The translations under genes and the position numbers were made by a program. DNA of 64,000 nucleotides. Source: Verrucomicrobiia bacterium. GTDB lineage: Bacteria > Verrucomicrobiota > Verrucomicrobiia > Limisphaerales > UBA1319. The DNA lies in assembly GCA_963664225.1 (NCBI GenBank), contig OY760937.1, forward strand, positions 1,024,001 to 1,088,000, given 5' to 3'. Below, in pieces: positions 27,589 through 38,110 of the stretch (its first letter is position 1; every line of letters starts with the position of its first letter). Under the pieces are notes generated by a model. The model did not search any database, was not told where the DNA came from, and worked only from the letters and a program-made list of their open reading frames with translations.

Positions 27589-27657
27589 TTTGATTTACGG
27601 CTCAACAGTTAAAATTAGCTCGCCCGGAACCATGGTTCCTCTTTAGGCTGGTCTTGC

Positions 27658-28539
27658 ATGAAATCAATGACGGGTTACGGGCGTGGTGAAAATGCCCAGG
27701 CAGGCTTCAAAGTCACGGTCGAGTTGAGTTCCATCAACCGCAAACAGTCGGAAATCTCCGTGTTCATGCCTCGTGAAATCGAGGCGCTCGAACCCCGGAT
27801 TCGTGACGCCATCAACCATGGCGTCGCCCGCGGACGTGTCACGTCCCGCGTTTCCCTGCACGCCGCTGAAAATGACGCCACTCCATCGGTCCGATTGAAT
27901 GGCGCGCTGGCCCGGGCGTACGCCCATGAATTGAAACGGCTGGCCGACGAGTTGGGCATGCCGGGTAGTGTCAGCCTGGATTTGATTGTCCGTTCACCGG
28001 GCGTCATCGTCACCGATCAGGAAGCGCTCGATCCCGAGACCTTCTGGCCCGCCACCGAAAAGGCCCTCCGTCAGGCCTTGACGGCTCTGGTTGGAATGCG
28101 CAAGCGGGAAGGCGAGCATCTGGAGAAGGACCTGACCGCGCGCATTTCCACGATGGCCAAAGCGGTGGCGCGTGTGGCCAAACGGGCGCCCCTGGCCGTT
28201 AAGAACTGTGAAAAGCATCTGGCAGCCCGGTTAAAAAAAGCCGGTTTGGAGAACTCGGATATTCCGGAGCAACGCTGGCTCCAGGAGATTCTCTTGTTTG
28301 CGGACAAGATGGATATCACCGAGGAGTTGACCCGTCTGCAAAGCCATTTTCAGCAATACGAGGATTGCCGTAAATCCACCGCGCCGGTTGGGCGCACCCT
28401 GGACTTTCTGGCCCAGGAAATGAACCGCGAGATTAATACCATTGGCTCGAAAGCCAACGACAGCGTAATTTCGAAGGAAGTCGTTCTTTTGAAAACCGAA
28501 CTGGAAAAATTCCGCGAGCAGGTTCAGAACGTGGAATAA
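27658..28539 (+). CDS. yicC: YicC/YloC family endoribonuclease
   Basis: MKSMTGYGR start, DITEELTRL.SH, GRTLDFLAQEMNREINTIGSK, REQVQNVE end. Confidence 0.95.
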   Translation: MKSMTGYGRGENAQAGFKVTVELSSINRKQSEISVFMPREIEALEPRIRDAINHGVARGRVTSRVSLHAAENDATPSVRLNGALARAYAHELKRLADELGMPGSVSLDLIVRSPGVIVTDQEALDPETFWPATEKALRQALTALVGMRKREGEHLEKDLTARISTMAKAVARVAKRAPLAVKNCEKHLAARLKKAGLENSDIPEQRWLQEILLFADKMDITEELTRLQSHFQQYEDCRKSTAPVGRTLDFLAQEMNREINTIGSKANDSVISKEVVLLKTELEKFREQVQNVE

Positions 28540-28591
28540 TCGTCATTTTACAGTTCTACACGGAATCAAAACGCTTAATTTCAAGAGCACA

Positions 28592-29221
28592 ATGCCCGCT
28601 AAAATTTCCAACTCCATATTATTGGTGATTTCGGCGCCTTCGGGTGGCGGAAAAACCACTGTTTGCCAGGAACTGCTGGCGTCCAATCCCAATCTGCATC
28701 GGGTGGTTACTTGCACCACACGCGCTCCGCGCCCGGGTGAGAAGGACGGTGTGGATTACCAGTTTCTAACGGCGGAAGATTTCTTGAAACGCGTTCAAGC
28801 CGGAGAATTTCTCGAGTATGCCACCGTTTATGGAAACAGCTATGGCACATTAAAATCGGACGTGCTTGCCAAATTGCGACAGGGCAGGGATTTGCTGTTG
28901 GCTATTGATGTTCAGGGGGTCGCCGCCATTCGGGCAAAAGCCGCGGAGGTGCCGGAATTGCAGCGTTCCCTGGTGACGGTGTTTCTGACGCCGCCCAGTC
29001 TTGATATCCTGGCGAAACGTTTGAGCCAAAGAGCCACCGATTCTGAAGCGGTCCAGCGCAAGCGATTGAGTGTGGCCAGACAGGAAATCAGCCAGTGGGT
29101 GCATTATGAATATCTGGTTTTGAGCGGCTCAATCGCCGAGGACCTGCGCCGTATGCAGATCATCATCGAGGCTGAAAAGATGCGCCAGTTTCGTTCGGTC
29201 GCCCCCATTACGGAATTCTAG
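28592..29221 (+). CDS. gmk: Guanylate kinase
   Basis: SAPSGGGKTT, TTRAPRPGEKDGVDY, FLEYATVYGNSYGT, IDVQG. Confidence 0.95.
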   Translation: MPAKISNSILLVISAPSGGGKTTVCQELLASNPNLHRVVTCTTRAPRPGEKDGVDYQFLTAEDFLKRVQAGEFLEYATVYGNSYGTLKSDVLAKLRQGRDLLLAIDVQGVAAIRAKAAEVPELQRSLVTVFLTPPSLDILAKRLSQRATDSEAVQRKRLSVARQEISQWVHYEYLVLSGSIAEDLRRMQIIIEAEKMRQFRSVAPITEF

Positions 29222-29375
29222 GCGGGAACTCCATTCCCAGGCTCCGTAATCTTCCGGCACGTAATTGAGACACGATTTTGCATTGAGAAATGCAAAAAGT
29301 TCGCTACTATAGATAGCTGTAGGCGCAGTAAAAACAGGAGTTTTCTAATTAAACGTTTTTGCCGCCTATTCAATT

Positions 29376-29648
29376 ATGGCAAAGCAAATTAAGAAGAAGG
29401 TCGAATTCACTCTGGACGCTCCCGAAGCCAAAACCGTTGTTCTGGCGGGCGATTTTACCGGATGGCAGCAAAAGCCTCTGGCTTTTTCGCGCCAAAAAAC
29501 CGGTATTTGGAAAGTCGCGGTCACGCTCCCGGCCGGGGCTTATCAATACCGTTTTCTGGTCGATGGCCAGTGGCAGGATGATCCAGCCTGCAAAACGCAT
29601 TGCCTCAATGAGTTCGGAGGCCAGAATTGCGTTTGCAAAGTGGCCTGA
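29376..29648 (+). CDS. Stand-alone glycogen-binding domain (CBM48/AMPK1_CBM, isoamylase early-set)
   Basis: VVLAGDFTGW, GAYQYRFLVDGQWQDDP, NEFGGQN. Confidence 0.85.
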   Translation: MAKQIKKKVEFTLDAPEAKTVVLAGDFTGWQQKPLAFSRQKTGIWKVAVTLPAGAYQYRFLVDGQWQDDPACKTHCLNEFGGQNCVCKVA

Positions 29649-29678
29649 ACCCGCTGCGAAGGCCGGAGTATCGGCCGT

Positions 29679-30947
29679 TCATTTTACGATGCGATAGAGC
29701 GCGGTCTTGGTTCTTAAAACCAGGGAATTGCCATCGACAGCGGGCGACGCCATAAAGCCGTCCTCCAAGCTGCTCTCGGCCAATATTTTAAAAGGCGGCT
29801 GGTCTGCCAGAACAGTGGCTTTGCCTTCCTCGCTGAAACAATAGATGCGACCGTCGGCATGCAGTGGGGATGCGGTAAAATGGCCGCCCAATTTCTGGCG
29901 CCCGGCGATTCCACCGTTTTCGGCGCGGATAAAGGTCGCGGTTCCGTTGTCATCGACCATGAAGAGATAGTCTCCGACCAGCAGGATAGATGGTTTCAGG
30001 GAGACGTCCTTTTTAATCCGCCACAGGATGTGACTCTCGTTGACGATGCCGCTACCGCCTGGTTTGACCGCCAAAAGCTGGCCCGAGGAAAATCCTGCAC
30101 AATAATAAATGCGGTCTTTCCCAATCACCGGTCTCGCGCTGCCAGAGAAGCATTGGCGTTCTTCCAAACGCCACAATTCCTTGCCGTCATTCGGTTGATA
30201 GGCATAGAGCGCCTTGGATCCCAGGCTCAGGAGGATGGGCGGTTGACCATCAAAAGCGGCAATCAGGGGGGTTGAAAAGGCTTTCCGAAAATCCCCGCTG
30301 TCCTTTGGTTTACCTTCGGCATTGAGGTCCTGCCAATCGATGGAACGATCCACTTTCCAGAGGGTTTTCCCGGTCTTTTTATCCAGCGCAACCACGTATT
30401 GGAAATCGCTGCCATCGAAATGCATGATCAACTTGTCCTCGAAAACAATGGGTGAGGAGCCGGCGCTGCGGTAATGGTTGCATTCCAAATCACGGCGCTC
30501 CCATAGCACCGCCCCGGTTTTCGTATCCAGACAGGCGGTTCCGGGCGCGCCAAAAGTGACATACACCCGTCCCTCTTCAATCACCGGGGAGGGGGAGGCA
30601 TAAGTGTTAAAAGGAATGCAATATTGGGGCTTGGCGACATCGAAAATCTTTAAATCACGTATGACGGCCCCGGTTTCACTATCCACGCAAACGGCGAATA
30701 ATTCTTTGCCATCCTCAGGGGCTGTTGTGAACCAGATCTGGCGGTCCCAGATTACCGGTGAAGACCAGGCGCGACCATGAATGGGGGTTTTCCATTGCAC
30801 ATTATTCGTTTCCGACCAGGACAACGGCAGGCTTTTGGCGTCTGAATTACCCTGTCCATCCGGGCCGCGAAATTGAGGCCAGCGATCTGCTCCCGACGCG
30901 GCCGATGAACATAATGCGGCCAGAAATATCCACGGTTTCCAATTCAT
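29679..30947 (-). CDS. Secreted PQQ-like beta-propeller repeat protein
   Basis: WPQFRGPDGQG, WSSPVI, repeated D.KTG..LW. Confidence 0.85.
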   Translation of the reverse strand: MNWKPWIFLAALCSSAASGADRWPQFRGPDGQGNSDAKSLPLSWSETNNVQWKTPIHGRAWSSPVIWDRQIWFTTAPEDGKELFAVCVDSETGAVIRDLKIFDVAKPQYCIPFNTYASPSPVIEEGRVYVTFGAPGTACLDTKTGAVLWERRDLECNHYRSAGSSPIVFEDKLIMHFDGSDFQYVVALDKKTGKTLWKVDRSIDWQDLNAEGKPKDSGDFRKAFSTPLIAAFDGQPPILLSLGSKALYAYQPNDGKELWRLEERQCFSGSARPVIGKDRIYYCAGFSSGQLLAVKPGGSGIVNESHILWRIKKDVSLKPSILLVGDYLFMVDDNGTATFIRAENGGIAGRQKLGGHFTASPLHADGRIYCFSEEGKATVLADQPPFKILAESSLEDGFMASPAVDGNSLVLRTKTALYRIVK

Positions 30948-31157
30948 AATGTCCGGCAGCCTAACTAGCGCGTCTTTGTGAGGCCAGCCAGAAAAGATGA
31001 TGAAAACCAGTTAAATCGCCAGGCTGGTGAAAACGTCGCCTCCCGGAGAACGGCCCGAAGATTGATTTACTTTCTGTCCCCTCACATGTCAGTATGGCGC
31101 GAAGCTAATTTGTGCATAAACGGCCAGTCGAAAACCATGCCGATTTAGGATTTTGGT

Positions 31158-33437
31158 ATGAAATTAATCAAGAAACTGTCTCCAGCCAGCTTTTGTGGAA
31201 AAATCAGTGTGGTCCTCTGTCTGCTGGGCTTTGGCGGGCTGCCGTTTGTTAACGGACTTTTTGGCGGTGAATTGTCCGGCCGCAACGAAGCCGAGGTTGC
31301 GATTTCGAAGCTGCCAACCTTGCACAAGTCTTCCAAATTGCCCACAAAAGACTGGCTCATTGATGGAAATTCCTACAAGGCCCGTGTGTATCGCGGGGAG
31401 TATCCCAATGAAATCGTTCTGGCCAATGGTCTGGTGGCCCGCACATTTCGCCTCACTCCGAACGCGGCCACGGTGGGCCTCGATAATCTGGTGACTGGCG
31501 AAACCATCCTGCGCGGTGTGAAGCCGGAGGCTGTTGTCGAATTGGACGGCAAGCGCTACGAAGTCGGTGGATTGAAAGGCCAGCCCAACTATGCTTTTCT
31601 GCGGCCGGAGTGGTTGGAGAGAATGAGCGACGATCCTGCGGCGTTTCGATTCGTCGGTTTTGAAGTGGGCCAGCCGAAAGAGCGACTCGCCTGGAAGCAA
31701 GTGCGACATCACGCGCCCAATGTGCAATGGCCGCCTGCGGGTGTTTCTCTAAGGCTTGATTTTGCACAGCCTGAAGGGACTTATGCTCCGCCCAACTCCG
31801 CCATTCGCGTTTCCGTTCACTATGAGCTCTACGACGGCATTCCCTGCTACAGCAAGTGGATCACGATTCGCAACGACTCCGGGCGTTCGATTCGTGTGGA
31901 CCGTTTTTCCAGCGAGGTGCTTGCGGTGGTGGAACGAACTGCCGAAGTGGATGAACTCACCAATGGCCTTAATCCTCCCAATCTCCATATTGAGACCGAT
32001 ATGTCGTTCGGCGGCATGATGGCCTCGGGTGCCAACCGCCGGTCTTTCCGCTGGCTGACGGATCCCGACTTTGACACTCAAGTGAACTTCGAAAAGAAAA
32101 CGCCGTGCCTGCTCGATGTGGGCCCTGACCTCGGCCCAGCGCAGGACATCGCGCCTGGCGCGGTGTTTGAGTCGTTCCACACCTGGGTGTTGCCGTATGA
32201 CAGCTACGACCGCGAACGTTGCGGCCTGGCCATGCGGCGGATGTATCGCGTGATCGCACCGTGGGCCACGGAGAATCCGCTGATGATGCACGTGCGTTCC
32301 GCCGATGGTCCCACGGTGACCAATGCCATCAACCAGTGCGCGGCAACCGGATTTGAGATGGTGATTCTAAGTTTCGGCAGTGGTTTCGACCTCGAGAACG
32401 AAAGCCCGGAGACGCTGGCCACGGCGCGCCGTTATGCGGAATACGCGCATAGCAAAGGCATCGAGATCGGAAGTTACTCGCTGCTGGCTTCCCGACAGGT
32501 GGGCGGCGGCAACGACGTTGTGATGCCGCCCGGCAAATCCCCGGTCTTTGACAATTCCCCATGCCTAGTCAGCGCATGGGGGACCAACTATTTTCGCAGG
32601 CTTTACGAGTTTCATCTGGCGGGCGGATTCACTCTCTTGGAGCACGATGGTTCGTATCCCGGCGATCCCTGCCTGAGCCTCCAGCATCCGGGCCATCGCG
32701 GCATGGACGATTCACGCTGGAATCAGTGGCGGGCCATCGCGGATTTCTACAAGTGGTGCCGTGCTCAGGGCATCTATCTGAACGTGCCAGACCATTATTT
32801 TTTGACCGGTTCCAGCAAGACCGGCATGGGTTATCGGGAATCGAACTGGTCGTTGCCGCGCGAGCAGCAGGTCATTCACATGCGGCAGAATATCTTTGAC
32901 GGCACCTGGGAGAAGACCCCCAGCATGGGCTGGATGTTTGTGCCGCTGACGGAATATCAAGGCGGCGGCGCGGCGGCAACCATTGAACCGCTGGAGGAAC
33001 ACCTCGATCACTATGAACGAATGATGATGGGCAACCTGGCACTCGGTGTGCAGGCCTGTTATCGCGGCCCGCGCCTCTACGACACCGACCGCACGAAGGC
33101 CATGGTCCAACGCTCGGTTGGCTGGTTCAAAGCCCACCGCGACATCCTCGAAAGCGATCTCATCCACGGTCGTCGCGCAGACGCCCGCGATCTCGATTGG
33201 ATGCTCCATGTAAATCCGCAGTTAAAGGAGAAAGGCCTGCTCGTTGTTTTCAATCCGCTGAATCAGCCGGTGCAAAAAACTTTGCGCGTGAAACTCTATT
33301 ACACCGGCCTGACGAAGGCAGCCCACGTGAGTTTGCAAGGCCAGAAAGCGAAGACCTTCAAGTTGAGTCGCGACTATACCATTGAACTACCCGTGCAAGT
33401 GCCCGCGCAAGGGATGACCTGGTGCGTGGTGGAATAG
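31158..33437 (+). CDS. Secreted glycoside hydrolase (GH36/alpha-galactosidase-like TIM barrel)
   Basis: Signal-like N-terminus; N-terminal beta-sandwich, EHDGSYPGD barrel motif, C-terminal VFNP beta domain. Confidence 0.55.
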   Translation: MKLIKKLSPASFCGKISVVLCLLGFGGLPFVNGLFGGELSGRNEAEVAISKLPTLHKSSKLPTKDWLIDGNSYKARVYRGEYPNEIVLANGLVARTFRLTPNAATVGLDNLVTGETILRGVKPEAVVELDGKRYEVGGLKGQPNYAFLRPEWLERMSDDPAAFRFVGFEVGQPKERLAWKQVRHHAPNVQWPPAGVSLRLDFAQPEGTYAPPNSAIRVSVHYELYDGIPCYSKWITIRNDSGRSIRVDRFSSEVLAVVERTAEVDELTNGLNPPNLHIETDMSFGGMMASGANRRSFRWLTDPDFDTQVNFEKKTPCLLDVGPDLGPAQDIAPGAVFESFHTWVLPYDSYDRERCGLAMRRMYRVIAPWATENPLMMHVRSADGPTVTNAINQCAATGFEMVILSFGSGFDLENESPETLATARRYAEYAHSKGIEIGSYSLLASRQVGGGNDVVMPPGKSPVFDNSPCLVSAWGTNYFRRLYEFHLAGGFTLLEHDGSYPGDPCLSLQHPGHRGMDDSRWNQWRAIADFYKWCRAQGIYLNVPDHYFLTGSSKTGMGYRESNWSLPREQQVIHMRQNIFDGTWEKTPSMGWMFVPLTEYQGGGAAATIEPLEEHLDHYERMMMGNLALGVQACYRGPRLYDTDRTKAMVQRSVGWFKAHRDILESDLIHGRRADARDLDWMLHVNPQLKEKGLLVVFNPLNQPVQKTLRVKLYYTGLTKAAHVSLQGQKAKTFKLSRDYTIELPVQVPAQGMTWCVVE

Positions 33438-33446
33438 GGATAGGCC

Positions 33447-34004
33447 TTATTCCGTGCTCGATCGAATGGATTTGCCGTCCACCAGCAAATCCTTTAGAAA
33501 GGCTTTTCCATTTTTGCGGGCGACTACCACGGCTGTGAGTCTGCCTCTCGGATTTCCTTTTTCCTCATTCACATAAAAGCGGTTGATGCCGTAATCCACA
33601 TGGACTTTAGGATCGGAAAGTTTCACACTTTTGTTGTTGGTCCATTGAGTTTCTTCAATGTAAACCACTTTGGCCTGGAATAATTGATTGGTGGAGGAGG
33701 GCTCAAAACAATTGGTTGAACTGCGTGTCGGCGCCCAAATGGGACTGTTTTTTTCAGGTGAAAATTCCACAAAGACTTTTTGGCCGGCTGTGGGATGCCC
33801 GCCTTCGAATTGGGATAGATTCAGGATAGCCGCCGGATAAGAAAGCGCCACGTATTGGCCTTTAATTGGATCGCGAGGATCATACACGCCCGCGTCAATG
33901 GTGATGGGTTGTGCAGTGCGAAAAAGGCTTTCCTGTTGGACGACCATTCCAATCAAAATGAGGCATTGGAGGCAAAGCACCAGAATGAATACTTTGGTTT
34001 TCAT
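33447..34004 (-). CDS. GDYXXLXY domain protein
   Basis: DPRDPIKGQYVALSY, YGINRFYVNE; paired with DUF2157. Confidence 0.8.
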   Translation of the reverse strand: MKTKVFILVLCLQCLILIGMVVQQESLFRTAQPITIDAGVYDPRDPIKGQYVALSYPAAILNLSQFEGGHPTAGQKVFVEFSPEKNSPIWAPTRSSTNCFEPSSTNQLFQAKVVYIEETQWTNNKSVKLSDPKVHVDYGINRFYVNEEKGNPRGRLTAVVVARKNGKAFLKDLLVDGKSIRSSTE

Positions 34005-34018
34005 GGTGGAAAATCAGG

Positions 34019-35149
34019 TTATGATTTCATTTGAATGAGCCTGGTGTAGCGATGCACGGCGTAACCCACGATGAGCAACACCGCCCCTGTGGATATGAAC
34101 AGAAGCCCCGTGGAAAGCAGATCCGCAAAAAGAGTGAAATACCGATGTATCACAACGATGCAAACCATGAGGAGCGATCCGCGCATGATAAACTTGGAAT
34201 TCATTCCCAGCCCCGCAGCCGCGCCCAGTAAAGAAATGATGAAGATGGCAGCTGATGCGGCCCATCCTAGCATTTCCCAATCATAGTGTTGTTTTGGGAA
34301 TGAAGATGCTACGCCAAACACGCCGAAAACCAGTCCCAAGCCGATGCCCCATAATCGCACAGAATTGGTTTGTTGTTTTTGGAGCAGTGTGACGATCACG
34401 AATGCTGCGGCGAGGAATATCTCTATCCCGGCAACCCACCCATTGAATTTGGACTCGCCCCAGCTTTCGCCAAAACAAAGGAATAGAAACCAGGCGTTTA
34501 GCAATCCCCAACCGACTTTCAGAGTTGGACCGCTGAAGGCCGCATAGGAACTATTTTCGATCCAATACTTTATGAGCATCCACACCAGACCGAGAGTGCT
34601 CAGAATTTGAAAATTCTGAGCCCATTCATAGTGGTGGAAAAAGCCATCAATGCAAAACGATTCCATGCAAGCCCAGATTGTGAATGCCGACATGAAAAGG
34701 GTGTACAGGGCATTGGAACGGAGAACCCACGGCAGTGGCGACAGGGCCAGCATCCATAACAGAAAGGCATCCGGCTCGCGGGAAGAAAGATTATAGACTT
34801 GGCCGATGATGGCGATGTTGCATAAAAACAGGCAGCCTGCGACGAAATGAAGAAAATCCCCAATAAAAGGATGTTTCCCAGTGGTGGAGCGCAGATGATA
34901 TCCCGCGCAATGAATGGCTACCATGGCGATCAAGCCGCTGGCGATGCGAACGAGGCCCGGGATTCTATCCCAATTATGCGCGACTACCAACGCCAGCCCT
35001 GAGGTGACCAATCCGACGGCAATCCATGTCAGGATGATGGGAAGCCTGGATTTCGATTCCTTGAGTAGATAGGCATCCAGAATTTTTGCTGCCTGCTCGG
35101 TGCTGATCAATCCGTCCTTTTCCAGTTGGCGAATGTCTGCGAAATTCAT
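34019..35149 (-). CDS. DUF2157 membrane protein
   Basis: GLISTEQA..I...Y, VAHNWDRIP, IAIIGQVYNL; many TM helices. Confidence 0.8.
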   Translation of the reverse strand: MNFADIRQLEKDGLISTEQAAKILDAYLLKESKSRLPIILTWIAVGLVTSGLALVVAHNWDRIPGLVRIASGLIAMVAIHCAGYHLRSTTGKHPFIGDFLHFVAGCLFLCNIAIIGQVYNLSSREPDAFLLWMLALSPLPWVLRSNALYTLFMSAFTIWACMESFCIDGFFHHYEWAQNFQILSTLGLVWMLIKYWIENSSYAAFSGPTLKVGWGLLNAWFLFLCFGESWGESKFNGWVAGIEIFLAAAFVIVTLLQKQQTNSVRLWGIGLGLVFGVFGVASSFPKQHYDWEMLGWAASAAIFIISLLGAAAGLGMNSKFIMRGSLLMVCIVVIHRYFTLFADLLSTGLLFISTGAVLLIVGYAVHRYTRLIQMKS

Positions 35150-35199
35150 TGAAAGATGATGAAATGTAATATCAGATAATGTCAATAAAAATAGGTGAA

Positions 35200-37929
35200 T
35201 TAATAATTCTTTATGCCAGAATCATTGGAACCTTGGGATGATTGGGGTGCGTGCTGGGCGCGCCTGGATAGCATCTCCTGAATGTTTGAGCGTTCGAACT
35301 CTTCCTGAGCACGTCGTTTTTCCAGGAAATGGCGGTATTTGGCGGTTTCCTCATCGGTCCATACGGCGGCCTCGGCGTAATCTCCGCAATAGGGGACGAG
35401 CAGATCGATCCAGCATTGGAATTTGTCGAGTTCCTCGCGGGTAAGTTCGACCTTGTAATGGTCTTTCTTGAGCAAGGGGATCAAATCGCTTGTGGCGGAG
35501 CCTGCACTGAATGGGGGCAGCAACGGCGGCGCGGATTGCGGGCTGATCCAGTTGACGAGGCGGTTGGTGACGCCCATGTAAGCACCGTCCTCATTGCTTT
35601 GACGCGAGCGGCGGGAGTGGGTCAGAGCCAGATAGGCATCGCTCCAGGCGCGCTTGGCCACCGGATCAATGTTGGTTTCGCCGAGCAGGCTGAACACCTT
35701 GGGTTGGCCAGCGGCGTTCTTTCCTGGCGTCGGATTTCTTGAACGCCGCCCGGTCATTTGTTGCATGGCCTCGCGGTCGTTGTGGCAGGATACGCATTTG
35801 CGATCGAGGATCGGCTGGATTTCCTTTGCAAAACTGAAACCGCGCGTGGGACCGTAAAAAGGTTCCAGGGTTTGGGGTGGTTGCGCCAGGGCCAGCGGCA
35901 GGCCGCGTGTGGGCGGTGGCGCGGAGTTTTTGTTCTCATGGCAACCCACACAGGAGGCCTGTTCACCGGGCTGAAGAGTGTTCCAACTGCGCATGGTTTG
36001 GACCACCCGGCCCTGGGCATCGAGCGCCTGAAAATAATGCGGCATGCGCGCGGGAACGTAAAAGCTGGCCGAACCGTCCTCAAAAACGCGGGCATCGCCC
36101 AGCACGACTTTCACATCCCAGCAGGCATTACCAACCGCGATGGGCGTGCTCACCATGGCACCTCCGGCCTCGCCGCCATTGGAATTATTGCCGACGCCCG
36201 CCGGACGATATTCGAGGGCCACCACGCGCAATTTTTTAATCGAGCCTCTCGAAACTCCCTTAAGGCCGGGGCCGGCGTAGATATCCTGCACGTAACAGAT
36301 GCCCTTATCCTGGCGGTAATCCACTGTGGTGGGGCGCAAGGCGGGACGTTGACGCGGCATCACCGGGACTGGTTGGCAGCAGGGCAGCGTGGCGTCGGAC
36401 GTAAGCAGTTCACGCCGACCGTCCACGTTCATATAATAAACACTGAAGTGAGCGATTGTCTGGCCACGGTTGTCCTTCTCCCATCCCTTGGGGGCGTAAG
36501 TGACGATGAATTCGCGCTCGTTCAGAGGGTAGGGATATTGGAATAATTCACCGTCCTGTCCGTATTGGTCCACATGCACAGCCGGAGTCTCGCGCGGTGG
36601 TGCAATCAGTTTCGCGCCGCTGTTTTCCTGACGACCCACGGAGGGATCGAGCAAACCGAGCTTTCCGGCCTGCGGTGTGTGATGTCCCATGAAAATGGCG
36701 ACGGCCTTGGTGGTGCCTGGAATGGCGCGTGCATGACCGATGGTGGTGGGGAACCACGAATTGTTTCCGTAGAATTCGCTCTGACCGGTGCCGTCGAAGT
36801 TCATCTGGAACAAGCCCTGCGGAAAGATCTGGCCCCGGTCGTTGTAATCCCATCGGGTGTAGAGAATGCGTCCGTCGGCCGTCACGGTAGGGTAGAGGGT
36901 ATGCACCTGGTCGAAGCCTAGGCGCCGCAGGTATTTTCCATTGGCATCGCAGGTGTAGAGATTGCTCACCTCGGTCCACCAGCAATCGACCGTTTGAACG
37001 CATCGGGTGGAGGTGAAAACAATATCGTCGTTGGGCAGGTAACATCCTTCGTAATCGGCGAATCCAAGGCCTGAGGTGATTTGGCGTACCTTGCTGGTCT
37101 CAAGGTTCATTTCGTAGAGATGGTAATCGTCCTCGTTGAGCGATTTCTTCCATGAAAAAAGAACCCGTTTGGCGTCGTAGGAAATGGCGGGATCGCGAAT
37201 GGCTCCATTGGGATCGCTGAGGAGCGTGCGTGTGCGGGCGCGCAAACCGTCGATTTCCAGGAGGCAAATCTGGGAGTCGGGTAGAAAATGGCGCTCGTTT
37301 TGGGCGTCCGATTGGCCCTCGGTGTAGGCGAAAAACGAAGGCATCACCGTATGATGCTTTAGGAAAACCATTTTTGGTGCCTGGGCCAGGACGGTTTTTA
37401 AGCGCGCACCACGTCGGCTTTCGCAGAGCCTGGCGTAGAATTCCAGCCACTGGGAGCGGTTGGATGGATTGGCCTGTTTACTGAGTTGCGACCACTCGGA
37501 ACGCAATGTTGGAGCGTTGTTCGTGATTTCTCCCAGAACGCGTTCGATCATCTGGCGTTCAATGCCAAGGTCCTGTGTAAGTCCGGCAAACCAGGATGCA
37601 AAATTCAATCCATTATCCTGGTCAACCCAATCCCACTCCACCGGAAAATCATACTCCATTTGCGTCCAAATCCGCCCCGCCTCGGCAATCTTATTCTCTG
37701 CCGTTCCCTGGGTCGCGCATAAGGCCTCACGCGTGGCAATCATGGTGGCGGCCCAGGAATCCTTGCGGATGTAAGCGTTGCTTGCAGGATTGGCCGCAGC
37801 TTGCAATGCGCAGAGCCCAGTGCCGAAGATCAGCATGGCCACTGCTGCAACGAAAACGATCCGGTAAGTGCCAAGCCAGCCAGTTTTTTGGGCAAACACA
37901 ATTCTCATGAGTATTCTCGTTTTTAGCAA
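35200..37929 (-). CDS. Secreted TolB/PD40-like propeller plus HZS-alpha middle domain protein with two CxxCH motifs
   Basis: EDGSASFYVPA...FQALDAQGRVVQTMRSW..LQPGE..SCVGCHE; IQPILDRKCVSCH. Confidence 0.75.
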   Translation of the reverse strand: MLKTRILMRIVFAQKTGWLGTYRIVFVAAVAMLIFGTGLCALQAAANPASNAYIRKDSWAATMIATREALCATQGTAENKIAEAGRIWTQMEYDFPVEWDWVDQDNGLNFASWFAGLTQDLGIERQMIERVLGEITNNAPTLRSEWSQLSKQANPSNRSQWLEFYARLCESRRGARLKTVLAQAPKMVFLKHHTVMPSFFAYTEGQSDAQNERHFLPDSQICLLEIDGLRARTRTLLSDPNGAIRDPAISYDAKRVLFSWKKSLNEDDYHLYEMNLETSKVRQITSGLGFADYEGCYLPNDDIVFTSTRCVQTVDCWWTEVSNLYTCDANGKYLRRLGFDQVHTLYPTVTADGRILYTRWDYNDRGQIFPQGLFQMNFDGTGQSEFYGNNSWFPTTIGHARAIPGTTKAVAIFMGHHTPQAGKLGLLDPSVGRQENSGAKLIAPPRETPAVHVDQYGQDGELFQYPYPLNEREFIVTYAPKGWEKDNRGQTIAHFSVYYMNVDGRRELLTSDATLPCCQPVPVMPRQRPALRPTTVDYRQDKGICYVQDIYAGPGLKGVSRGSIKKLRVVALEYRPAGVGNNSNGGEAGGAMVSTPIAVGNACWDVKVVLGDARVFEDGSASFYVPARMPHYFQALDAQGRVVQTMRSWNTLQPGEQASCVGCHENKNSAPPPTRGLPLALAQPPQTLEPFYGPTRGFSFAKEIQPILDRKCVSCHNDREAMQQMTGRRSRNPTPGKNAAGQPKVFSLLGETNIDPVAKRAWSDAYLALTHSRRSRQSNEDGAYMGVTNRLVNWISPQSAPPLLPPFSAGSATSDLIPLLKKDHYKVELTREELDKFQCWIDLLVPYCGDYAEAAVWTDEETAKYRHFLEKRRAQEEFERSNIQEMLSRRAQHAPQSSQGSNDSGIKNY

Positions 37930-38110
37930 ATGATGAGGGTGAATGCAACGCCCGGACTCTCAGAAAAACAGGAAAGAACTTCCAATGGTGGAGTTCGATT
38001 CTCGCTTCGCTCAAAGATTGCGTTTGGGTTTCGTTTGCGTCTCGGTTCCAATTTCCCTTTTCTTGGCAAAGCCCAGACTCTAAGGTGTCTGGAAGTAATC
38101 GGGATTGATC

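Noticed and set aside
27658..28539. Classical integration into the 3' end of yicC as in gammaproteobacterial mobilisable islands
   Set aside because: The element lies upstream of an intact yicC and uses a serine, not tyrosine, recombinase
35200..37929. True hydrazine synthase / anammox capability
   Set aside because: No hzsB/hzsC or hao-like neighbours; the domain is widespread in non-anammox bacteria
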